This document shows positions 16,955 to 24,676 of a stretch of 32,000 nt of DNA, in pieces. Every line of letters starts with the position of its first letter. The stretch's first letter is position 1. The notes under the pieces are model-generated. The model made no database searches. It was not told the DNA's origin and was given only the letters and a program-made list of their open reading frames with translations. The DNA lies in contig MKSO01000001.1 in the NCBI GenBank assembly GCA_001897305.1, forward strand, positions 690,001 through 722,000, written 5' to 3'. The translations under genes and the position numbers were made by a program. This DNA comes from Candidatus Saccharimonadota bacterium. GTDB taxonomy: Bacteria > Patescibacteriota > Saccharimonadia > Saccharimonadales > Saccharimonadaceae.

Positions 16955-18217
16955 TTAGATTTTTAGAAGGCGATTAAATTTATCTTTTAGTGAATCTCCC
17001 TCACCACTCCCTATTAGTGTATCATATCCGACCCTTAGGAGCCCCATTGCGGTGATGAATGTATGATCGTTTACATCACCCGTTGTATCAGTAACGCCTA
17101 CTACTTCGTGTGGGTTAATATGCTGAACGGTCGGTTTACGCGTGAATGGTAACTCTTTCTGCCATTCGGCACTTTCAAGTGCCGTCACGAGCTTCTTCAA
17201 GCTTGAACCACCACCACACAACAAGATGCGGTTAGGTAAGTGGTCAACCGAGTCAAATTCGCTCAGGGCAAGCTCAACCCCGGCAACCCATACTTCCAGG
17301 GTCTTATCTATAGATTCGGTGACTTCTTTTTTGACCGTTGGTTTGATCTGTTCATGGTCGATGTTCACTTTTAGCTTCTCGGCATCTTTATATGACAAGT
17401 TCATATCACTCGCTATGGTTTGCGTAAAGCTACGCCCCCCAATGCCAAACATTTTCGTCCCTTCGACGCCACCATCGTTTACCACTGCAATGTCAGTAGT
17501 ACCACCACCAACATCTGCCAAAATAGCGGTAAAGTTACTGTTTCCGTCATTGCCAAGTACACTGCGGCTGACCGCAAAAGGTTCGGCCGCAACCGCCAAT
17601 AACTCTAATGAAAGTTCATCGGCAACACGTTCAAGCGCACCGATATGCACCATTGGTGCAAAGGCAGTATAGATTTGCACTGCAACGTCGCGACCCTGGA
17701 ACCCAATTGGGTTGCTGACTTTGTACCCATCAATATGAATACCCACCAAGGCACTGTTCACCAACTTTACTTCTACCTCATCATTACCGGTTTCGAGAGC
17801 AATTTGTTTCTGTGCTTTGGCTTGGGCGCGCTCTTGGACCTTCTCGATGATAAATTCCATTTCTGAATCGTCCAGAGGACGGTCCGGCTGTGGACGACGA
17901 TAGCGAATAGTATCGGTTACTCCCTTAACGAGCTCACCAGCAATACCAATGACAACCCTTTTTGCTTGGAGCCCCGCTTGGTCCTCGGCTTGGGCAAGTG
18001 CTTCCTCGCAGTTACGAACGACCCCAGCGATATCAGCGATTGCACCAGAATGCATATCGCTTACTTCTTGTCGGGCTCTTCCGGCACCAATTATGTGAAG
18101 CTCATCGCCTTTTAATTCGGCAATGAGCGCCTTAACAAACTCTGTACCTATATCTAAAGCCGCGACATAATCATCATCCGAAACTTTGCCTAGCTTTTTG
18201 AATTTTTTTAATACCAT
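16955..18217 (-). CDS. ftsA: Cell division protein FtsA-like actin-family ATPase
   Basis: 420 aa. Contains ALDIGTEFVKALIAE, IGIAGELVKG, a 1C/SHS2-type insert, ADVGGGTTDIAV and LLCGGGSSL. The C-terminal SLKDKFNRLLKI could be an amphipathic membrane-targeting helix. Confidence 0.7.
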   Translation of the reverse strand: MVLKKFKKLGKVSDDDYVAALDIGTEFVKALIAELKGDELHIIGAGRARQEVSDMHSGAIADIAGVVRNCEEALAQAEDQAGLQAKRVVIGIAGELVKGVTDTIRYRRPQPDRPLDDSEMEFIIEKVQERAQAKAQKQIALETGNDEVEVKLVNSALVGIHIDGYKVSNPIGFQGRDVAVQIYTAFAPMVHIGALERVADELSLELLAVAAEPFAVSRSVLGNDGNSNFTAILADVGGGTTDIAVVNDGGVEGTKMFGIGGRSFTQTIASDMNLSYKDAEKLKVNIDHEQIKPTVKKEVTESIDKTLEVWVAGVELALSEFDSVDHLPNRILLCGGGSSLKKLVTALESAEWQKELPFTRKPTVQHINPHEVVGVTDTTGDVNDHTFITAMGLLRVGYDTLIGSGEGDSLKDKFNRLLKI

Positions 18218-18262
18218 AATTGGTATCCATTATACACTAATGATGCTTACGGTAGGCAGTAT

Positions 18263-18290
18263 TGAGTTTTTAATACATTTGTGTTATAAT
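18263..18290 (+). promoter_or_regulatory. Strong promoter TTGAGT-16 nt-TGtTATAAT, 6 nt upstream of the ATG at 18297
   Basis: TTGAGT at 18263-18268, TG at 18282-18283, and TATAAT at 18285-18290. The ATG at 18297 predicts a leaderless mRNA. Confidence 0.55.
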
Positions 18291-18296
18291 ATTATT

Positions 18297-19325
18297 ATGG
18301 ATTTTGGGCCTAAAAATACGCCTTTTGAAGGTGATATCGATATTGATTCAATTGTTTTTACCGAGTCCCTCGCGAGTAGGGTTTCATTCGAAAACTATCT
18401 TTTCGATAATAGAGCGCAGCGTCGTTCCGTATATACACTAGATGCGCCTGAAGATAGCACGCCCGATACTTCACACATACCACGTCAAATCATCATTTCT
18501 GCAGACCAGATTCAATCAACGATACCTGAAGATCTGCGTTCCGTATTTGGTAGTAGAGATAGTGTTCTTGAGCATTTGTCGGTCATACAAGAAGAGACAC
18601 CCGACCTCGCATTCTTTTTTATGAAATTCACCCTTAATGGTACGCCCCATTCATTAACAAGTCAGTCTAATGAGGGTCAGGCACTATACACTACTCATAA
18701 TGCCTATGGCGACACCGTTACTTACCAGCTTCCAAAATCAACTCCGCAAGCTTTACTGGCGAGCCTAGTATATATTCAAGAGTACCTGAGCTTAAAATCA
18801 TTAGGAGCAAGCCAGCGTAGCGCATTAGAAGAGGCCCATGGAGAAGGCTATTTCACAACACCCGAAATGTTTAGCCTTGAAGAGTCTAATATTAGATCAG
18901 AACGCATTGGAGACTGCGACCTTATTGAGCGGATGATTATGACATTGGGTCATCTTGACGGGGTGTCTCAAACAATTACACATGGTCTCATCCCAACAGG
19001 AGAGCAGATTCTTTTGGCCGAGCTAAGTCATACCGAAAGCGCGAGACTTACCCATGCATCCAATGATCTTGACCTGTCTGTTCTTGGTACTACCGACTCA
19101 AAAACAACTTTCGATCGCCTAAGTCTTACTCAACATTTCGCTGAGATTAACGCATTTGCAGGCATGGACTTTAACGACCAAGTCGGAGAAATTACAAGCG
19201 CTAATAATAGTCAGATAGTTTCACCCCAAAGCGATCCCAAAGCTTGGAGTACCTTGTGTAGCGCATTTGCTACAACAATGAGAGCGGAGCTTGCGCCATA
19301 TCTAGCCTACGATGAAGCCGTTTAA
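18297..19325 (+). CDS. Hypothetical soluble acidic protein (342 aa)
   Basis: ORF starting MDFGPKNTPFEGDIDIDS. The track's start at 18186 would overlap the ftsA start and the promoter, so I trimmed it to the ATG directly after TATAAT. No recognisable motifs and no TM segment. Confidence 0.6.
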   Translation: MDFGPKNTPFEGDIDIDSIVFTESLASRVSFENYLFDNRAQRRSVYTLDAPEDSTPDTSHIPRQIIISADQIQSTIPEDLRSVFGSRDSVLEHLSVIQEETPDLAFFFMKFTLNGTPHSLTSQSNEGQALYTTHNAYGDTVTYQLPKSTPQALLASLVYIQEYLSLKSLGASQRSALEEAHGEGYFTTPEMFSLEESNIRSERIGDCDLIERMIMTLGHLDGVSQTITHGLIPTGEQILLAELSHTESARLTHASNDLDLSVLGTTDSKTTFDRLSLTQHFAEINAFAGMDFNDQVGEITSANNSQIVSPQSDPKAWSTLCSAFATTMRAELAPYLAYDEAV

Positions 19326-21205
19326 ACTAGAACAGCTTTAATCCGCCGAATCCCGGCGCTTGAAGCTTCTTCCTTGGTAATCTTAAACTTCTTACCATCT
19401 TCAGCCAGTTGGCCGGTGTGGTCAACATGAGGACCGCCGCAAATTTCGAGGCTGGCAATATGGTCACCTTCACCCATTTGGTAGACTTTCACTTCTTCGG
19501 CATAGCGTTCACCGAATGGTCCAATCGCGCCCATATCAAGTGCTTCTTGGGTTGGGTACAGTTTAAAGCTAACTGGCAGATCTTCGGCTATCCAGCCGTT
19601 AACTAATTCCTCGGCTTTAGCAATTTCTTCAGGTGTCATTTTATGATCAAGGTTGAAGTCAAAGCGAAGGCGTTCTTCAGTGATATTACTACCGTGCTGG
19701 CGTAATTCAGGGCCAAAGATTTCGCGCAAGGCAGACTGCAAAAGGTGCGTTGCTGTGTGGTACTTTTTGTGAATTAAATCTTGGCCACCAAGACCGCCTT
19801 TAAATTCACCCTTAGTAGCGGTACGAGAGCGGTTGCGCTGTTCTTCCATTTTTGCATCAAATTCTTCGCGCCAGTTTTCAGAAAGAGCAATAGCCTGCTT
19901 GAAAGCCTCTTCGGTCGAGAGCTCAACAGGAAAGCCGTATGTATCGTACAGGGTAAATAACTCATTTCCCGTTACGACCCCATCGGCAGCAAATTTACCA
20001 AGCTGCTGCAACCCTTTACGTAAAGTCTGTCGGAACACTTTCTCTTCTTTCACAAGCACTGCAATAATAGTGTCTCGGTTTTCGGCAACTTCTGGGTAGT
20101 CTGCTTGGTATAGGTCGGCGATAACCGGTACGATTTCTTCGAAGAAGTTCTGCTCAATACCCAAGTCAAAGGCAAAGCGGATGGCGCGACGTAACAAGCG
20201 GCGCATAACATAGCCTTGTTCTTTGTTGGCTGGTACACAGCCATCTACGGCCAAAAAGGTAGCGGCGCGGAGGTGATCAGCAATCACACGCATGCTAGTG
20301 GTGTTGCTTTCGTAGCTTTTGCCGCTCAGCTTTTCAAGCTTCTCAATAATTGGCCACATCACACTAATGCGGAATACATCAGGACTATCAATTGCGGCAG
20401 CCGCAATACGCTCTAGGCCTGAGCCGTGGTCGATATTTGGTTTTTCCAACGGCTCGAACTGGCCTTCGGCGACTTTTCGGTACGCCATAAAGACGTTATT
20501 ACCAATTTCCATAAAGCGACCGCAGTCACAGTTGGGGTGGCAGAACTCGCCAAACGATGGGTCGTGAGGGGTACCAAAATCGTAAAACATTTCACTATCC
20601 GGGCCACACGGGTCGCCGACAGGTGTTGTTTCTGGCTTACCGTTACGGCTCCACCAGTTTTTACTGCCATCGTAATAGAAAATACGCTCACCTTCTTTAA
20701 TACCACGGGCGTAGCCGTCTTCTTCAGAACCAATTTCAGCTTCTTCGGCTTGAATGCCGCGAGCCTCGAACAAGCGCTTCCATACTGCCGCGGCTTCTGT
20801 ATCTTTTTCGATGCCGTATTCCGGCGCACCAATAAAGGCCGTCACATACAAGCGGCTCATATCTAGCTTAACCACTTCAGACAACCACTCAAACATCCAT
20901 TCAATTTGTTGTTCTTTGAAGTAATCACCCATGCTCCAGTTGCCAAGCATTTCAAAAAAAGTTGTATGACGATTGTCTCCGATATCGTCGATATCCTGAG
21001 CACGTAACGATGTTTGACTATCGGCAATACGCGCACCTTCTGGATGCGGTTGCCCCAATAAGTACGGAATCATTGGCTGCATGCCGGAACCGGTGAATAA
21101 AGTTGATGGGTCGTCCTTCAAGAGAAGCGGGGCACGCTTTACAATGGCATGGCCACGTTCTTTAAAGAACTCGAGGTATGAGTTACGAATTTCTTGAGCG
21201 TTCAT
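19322..21205 (-). CDS. alaS: Alanine--tRNA ligase, short form lacking the C-Ala domain
   Basis: Class II core: IRNSYLEFFKERGH and FTGSGMQP. Editing-domain motifs: HTATHLLQSAL and CGGPHV. The protein ends about 35 aa after the editing domain. The track's GTG at 21211 abuts the -10 box, so the ATG at 21203-21205 (MNAQEIR) is preferred, giving 627 aa. Confidence 0.9.
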   Translation of the reverse strand: MNAQEIRNSYLEFFKERGHAIVKRAPLLLKDDPSTLFTGSGMQPMIPYLLGQPHPEGARIADSQTSLRAQDIDDIGDNRHTTFFEMLGNWSMGDYFKEQQIEWMFEWLSEVVKLDMSRLYVTAFIGAPEYGIEKDTEAAAVWKRLFEARGIQAEEAEIGSEEDGYARGIKEGERIFYYDGSKNWWSRNGKPETTPVGDPCGPDSEMFYDFGTPHDPSFGEFCHPNCDCGRFMEIGNNVFMAYRKVAEGQFEPLEKPNIDHGSGLERIAAAAIDSPDVFRISVMWPIIEKLEKLSGKSYESNTTSMRVIADHLRAATFLAVDGCVPANKEQGYVMRRLLRRAIRFAFDLGIEQNFFEEIVPVIADLYQADYPEVAENRDTIIAVLVKEEKVFRQTLRKGLQQLGKFAADGVVTGNELFTLYDTYGFPVELSTEEAFKQAIALSENWREEFDAKMEEQRNRSRTATKGEFKGGLGGQDLIHKKYHTATHLLQSALREIFGPELRQHGSNITEERLRFDFNLDHKMTPEEIAKAEELVNGWIAEDLPVSFKLYPTQEALDMGAIGPFGERYAEEVKVYQMGEGDHIASLEICGGPHVDHTGQLAEDGKKFKITKEEASSAGIRRIKAVLV

Positions 21206-21212
21206 TATCACT

Positions 21213-21221
21213 ATTGTAGCA
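21213..21221 (-). promoter_or_regulatory. Extended -10 box TGcTACAAT, 7 nt upstream of the alaS ATG
   Basis: Minus-sense sequence is tctGCTACAATagtgataATG. The GCTACAATAGT core is the same as the one in front of DedA. Confidence 0.5.
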
Positions 21222-21264
21222 GATACTACGCCCTTTCACCAGCTTTCAAACAGAGGTCAATATT

Positions 21265-21299
21265 CAAAAAGCCACCTTCGGGTGGGCGGAAGGTGGCTT
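21265..21299 (-). terminator. Rho-independent terminator
   Basis: Minus-strand RNA reads AAGCCACCUUC-CGCCCACCC-GAAGGUGGCUU followed by UUUGAAUAUU. The core stem is 9 bp and GC-rich (21271-21279 with 21289-21297). A U-tract follows. Confidence 0.75.
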
Positions 21300-21456
21300 A
21301 GAGGAGCCTACGACTATGCTGTGGTGGACTCCGTTCTGAGAGGTATATGCTCTTTTAGCAGGTGCCATTAAGAGCAGGGAGGTCTGTAAAGGTATTCCTC
21401 GCAGGCGATGCAACACCCTTACTTATATATGATAGGCCTGCTTGCTTAAGCCTGGC

Positions 21457-21666
21457 TTAAACCGATTCTTTCGTTTCATCGATTTTATCTTTCGCAGATG
21501 CCTGGGCATCGTCGGCCTTGTCTTTCGCATCATCCGCAAGGTCACTGGCCTTTTGCTTAATATCATCTGCCCAATCGTTAGCCTTGTCGGCTACTCCATC
21601 CGCAAACTGTTCCACATCTTTTACTGCCTCATCTACTTTGGCTTTGGCATCGTCAACGAATCCCAT
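21457..21666 (-). CDS. Small hydrophilic Asp/Lys/Ala-rich protein (69 aa), CsbD/LEA-like stress-protein appearance
   Basis: MGFVDDAKAKVDEAVKDVEQFADGVADKANDWADDIKQKASDLADDAKDKADDAQ... A strong Shine-Dalgarno AAGGAGGA (21672-21679) lies 5 nt before the ATG. The two plus-strand ORFs over the same DNA lack any such signal. Confidence 0.65.
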   Translation of the reverse strand: MGFVDDAKAKVDEAVKDVEQFADGVADKANDWADDIKQKASDLADDAKDKADDAQASAKDKIDETKESV

Positions 21667-21729
21667 AAGATTCCTCCTTTGCTTTAGATGTTTACCTTTT
21701 TAGTATATAAGAGCAACCTGAAGGATTAC

Positions 21730-22890
21730 TTAAGCAACAATACCACCACCCAAACATACCTCGCCATCATAAAGAACAACAGACTGGCCCGGGGCAACTG
21801 CTCGCTCTGGGTTTGGGAGAGTTAACACGACTTCGCTTCCATTTACCTCAAGTGTAGCCGGTACTAAAGCTGCACGATGGCGAACCCGAATAGTATACGT
21901 ACCAGGAGTTGGTGTTTGTTGATTGATCCAGTGAAGCGACGTCAACGCTACTTGCTGCTTCCATAAAGTATCGTCGTTGAGATTAGTCGTGACATAGACT
22001 TCGTTTTTATCCATATCCTTACCTACCACGTAGTACGGTAAACCACCGCCAATATCCAAGCCGTGGCGCTGGCCAATGGTGTAAAATATTGCGCCGTCGT
22101 GCTGGCCAAGGATCTTGCCAGTTTGCTTGTCAATAATAGGACCCGCCTTCTGTTCAACATACTGACTCAAAAACTCTCGAATGCCAATTTGGCCCACAAA
22201 ACATATCCCCTGGCTCTCTTTCTTTACAGCCGTATACAGGCCTCGTTCTTTAGCCATTTCACGCACTTGAGGTTTAGTGTATTCGCCGAGTGGAAATAGC
22301 GTCTTATCCAGTGCTTTATCAGTAACGCGATACAAGAAATAGGTCTGGTCTTTATTTGTATCGACTGCCTGCAAAAGTTTAGCATGCGACAGATCTACCT
22401 GATTCTGTAAGGGCGACTCTGCAGCCCGAGTCTGAACGGGCGACGGAACCCCGTGAAGACCCGGCGCGAAGCCAAGACCGTCAGAAGCGGGTAGATCCGT
22501 CGCACGCGATACCCGTGCATAATGGCCGGTTGCAATCATATCCGCACCATCTTCTAATGCAGCGTCTAGAAATAGCTTAAATTTTACCTCTTGGTTACAC
22601 ATAATATCCGGGTTTGGTGTTCGGCCTAATTTATATTCGTCGATCATGTAGTCAACCACCTTGTGGCGATATTCATTTTCAAAATCAAAGACTTTAAAAT
22701 CGATACCTAGCTGAACCGCAACACGTTTAGCATCAGCTAAGTCGTCTGCCCATGGGCAACGCATACCAGGCAAGTCTTGAGTCCAGTTTTTCATATAAAC
22801 GCCGGTTACTTCATAACCTTGCTCGACCAAAAGTGCCGCGGTTAGCGAAGAGTCTACCCCGCCACTCATTCCTACGTATACTTTTGTCAT
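21730..22890 (-). CDS. mnmA: tRNA-specific 2-thiouridylase MnmA
   Basis: PP-loop VGMSGGVDSS. Also present: NPDIMCN, ATGHYAR, KDQTYFLY and ESQGICFVG. 386 aa, with an internal insertion of about 36 aa relative to E. coli MnmA. Confidence 0.9.
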   Translation of the reverse strand: MTKVYVGMSGGVDSSLTAALLVEQGYEVTGVYMKNWTQDLPGMRCPWADDLADAKRVAVQLGIDFKVFDFENEYRHKVVDYMIDEYKLGRTPNPDIMCNQEVKFKLFLDAALEDGADMIATGHYARVSRATDLPASDGLGFAPGLHGVPSPVQTRAAESPLQNQVDLSHAKLLQAVDTNKDQTYFLYRVTDKALDKTLFPLGEYTKPQVREMAKERGLYTAVKKESQGICFVGQIGIREFLSQYVEQKAGPIIDKQTGKILGQHDGAIFYTIGQRHGLDIGGGLPYYVVGKDMDKNEVYVTTNLNDDTLWKQQVALTSLHWINQQTPTPGTYTIRVRHRAALVPATLEVNGSEVVLTLPNPERAVAPGQSVVLYDGEVCLGGGIVA

Positions 22891-23489
22891 GACGATACTC
22901 CTACATAAAAAGCGATAATTTTAACAATTTCACCGCCAGCCAGCCACCAGCCTCGTGGGGTTAACCACCACCACGTAAAGTTCCAATCGCTATCGTTTAC
23001 GACTGGGTAATTACGGATTATTACGCCCTCGGCTCGCTTGTTAAACTCAAGGCTAGCTCGGCGCTGGTGATACCCAGAAGTTACAAGAATAACGTCGTGA
23101 AAATTATTCTTTTCAAACAGCGATTTACTATTTTCTGCATTTTGCTGGGTGTTTGCCGAGGTTTCGTCAATGATAATTGCACTAGCAGGCACGCCGGCTG
23201 CTTCTGCCTGTGTTTTCATTGCCGCAGCATTACTTGGGCCCGATTTATCGAAAGCCGCACCCGAAAAAATAAGAGTATCCGCCCAGCCGTTTTCAAATAA
23301 ACTAATCCCCGCTGCGGTGCGCGATTTTGTATCACCCCCACTGACCACTACAATGGCGTCTGCCGTCTCGCAATCAGTATTAGGAACCGGCTTTGCGCCA
23401 CAGCCTAAAAAATTATTTGGTTGCAAATACAAACTGGCCGCTACAATAAAAGCGACAAGCAGCACAGGAAGTATAAACAGCCACTTCAT
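22887..23489 (-). CDS. DUF218 (YdcF/ElyC/SanA-like) membrane-anchored protein
   Basis: 200 aa. N-terminal TM segment (WLFILPVLLVAFIVAASLY). Motifs: ADAIVVVSGGD, LIFSGA, TSANTQQNAENS and ILVTSGYHQRRA. Its stop overlaps the mnmA start by 4 nt. Confidence 0.75.
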   Translation of the reverse strand: MKWLFILPVLLVAFIVAASLYLQPNNFLGCGAKPVPNTDCETADAIVVVSGGDTKSRTAAGISLFENGWADTLIFSGAAFDKSGPSNAAAMKTQAEAAGVPASAIIIDETSANTQQNAENSKSLFEKNNFHDVILVTSGYHQRRASLEFNKRAEGVIIRNYPVVNDSDWNFTWWWLTPRGWWLAGGEIVKIIAFYVGVSS

Positions 23490-23491
23490 AC

Positions 23492-24643
23492 CTATCTACT
23501 CCGCTCGTATTCACGTCGTACTTCTTCGATAATAGCAGCTGTTGCACGCGGTATGTTCTCTTCATTAGATAAATGCCCCAATGTTAACCGTAGGCTTCCG
23601 TCGGCGATTTCTGGCGCTAGACCAATAGCAGTCAGCACGTGCGATCGCGTTCCCTTGTTCGCAGCACAAGCACTCCCGGTTGCAACCAAAACACCCCTTG
23701 CTTCGAGAGAAAACAGCACCCTCTCGGCATCAAGTTTTGGGAAAGAGATATGAAGATGCCCCGCTAGCCGGTGTCGCATATTGCCGGACACAACCGCTTC
23801 TGGGAAAGCTTCCGTAAGCCTGCGCTGCATAGCATCGCGCAGTTTCGCCAATCGTTCCGATTCAAACTTACGATGATCATTAGCCAACTCGAGTGCTTTA
23901 GCAAACCCAATAACACCGGCCACATTTTCGGTTCCACTTCGTAAACCGCGCTCTTGTCCACCACCAACAATACTTGGCACAAGAGCAACCGAAGGGGCCG
24001 CCCATAGTAGCCCTACCTGCTTGGGCCCATACACTTTTGCGGCATTAAGTGTAAGAAGGTCAACGCCAAGCCGAGCCACATTGACATCGAGCTGACCAAC
24101 ACCTTGTGAAGCATCAGAATGAAGATAAACAGGCGTATGATCGCCACTAGCTAAGCGTCGTTGCCTTTCACCGCGAACAACCTCAGCAATATCACGGAGT
24201 GGCTGTATAGTACCTAGTTCATTATTTGCTAATGCAATACTCACTAGCTGAGTATCAGGGCGTAGTGCAGCTTTAATTGAATCTGCCGACACCACGCCTT
24301 TTTCATCTGGCTGAACATACGTTGCATCGCGCAAGCCCGCAGCCGCTAAAACGGCATGGTGTTCAATTGAAGCAGTTACTACATGGCCGGACACGCTCGC
24401 AAATGCCAAATTAATAGACTCGGTAGCGCCAGCAGTCATAACGAGATCGTCAGGCTTCGTCCCAATAACCCGTGCAATAGCATGTTTAGCATCCTCGTAC
24501 TGTCGACGGACGAGCACGGCGGGTGCATAGGGTGCTGAAGGGTTATAAAACGCATCAGAAAAAAACGGCTCCATTGCCGCTCGCACTTTGGGATCAAGCG
24601 GAGTTGCCGCCGCATGATCAAGATACATAACCTCTTCGTTCAC
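23492..24643 (-). CDS. Cysteine desulfurase (class V aminotransferase, NifS/IscS-like)
   Basis: YLDHAAATP, HSDASQGVG, the PLP-Lys context LTLNAAKVYGPKQ, GGGQERGLRSGTENV and the active-site loop ATGSACAA. The start is either GTG at 24643 (7 nt after TATAAT at 24651-24656) or the ATG at 24628 (MYLDHAA). Confidence 0.9.
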   Translation of the reverse strand: MNEEVMYLDHAAATPLDPKVRAAMEPFFSDAFYNPSAPYAPAVLVRRQYEDAKHAIARVIGTKPDDLVMTAGATESINLAFASVSGHVVTASIEHHAVLAAAGLRDATYVQPDEKGVVSADSIKAALRPDTQLVSIALANNELGTIQPLRDIAEVVRGERQRRLASGDHTPVYLHSDASQGVGQLDVNVARLGVDLLTLNAAKVYGPKQVGLLWAAPSVALVPSIVGGGQERGLRSGTENVAGVIGFAKALELANDHRKFESERLAKLRDAMQRRLTEAFPEAVVSGNMRHRLAGHLHISFPKLDAERVLFSLEARGVLVATGSACAANKGTRSHVLTAIGLAPEIADGSLRLTLGHLSNEENIPRATAAIIEEVRREYERSR

Positions 24644-24676
24644 TTTACTTATTATACCGAATGATACGAGCCGATG

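Noticed and set aside
18186-18296. 5' extensions of ORFs in the track: 18186-18296, and similarly 25454-25588, 30069-30191 and 8419-8475
   Set aside because: Each extension overlaps the neighbouring gene or its own promoter box. An in-frame ATG directly follows a -10 element, or in the pilin case precedes a canonical prepilin leader, so the shorter forms were called.
20413-20866. Long antisense or alternative-frame ORFs inside well-supported genes. Examples: 20413-20832 and 20426-20866 in alaS, 17142-17672 in ftsA, 28428-29009 and 28712-29083 in metG, 23149-23532, 16244-16612, 8019-8462 and 355-768
   Set aside because: These are shadow ORFs. They lie within genes whose own frames carry unmistakable family motifs. 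Their translations are low-complexity or Ser/Arg/Leu-rich, and they have no start-site signals.
21212-21456. T-box(Ala) riboswitch upstream of alaS
   Set aside because: There is no match to the T-box consensus (AAnnnGGGUGGnACCGCG) or to a convincing stem I specifier loop. alaS also has its own extended -10 box between the terminator and the ATG. I kept it only as a lower-interest structured-UTR finding.
21442-21703. Plus-strand ORFs of 81 aa and 61 aa opposite the small acidic protein gene
   Set aside because: The minus-strand frame has a consensus AAGGAGGA SD and a coherent repeat protein. The plus-strand frames have no SD or promoter and encode hydrophobic or low-complexity mirror sequences.
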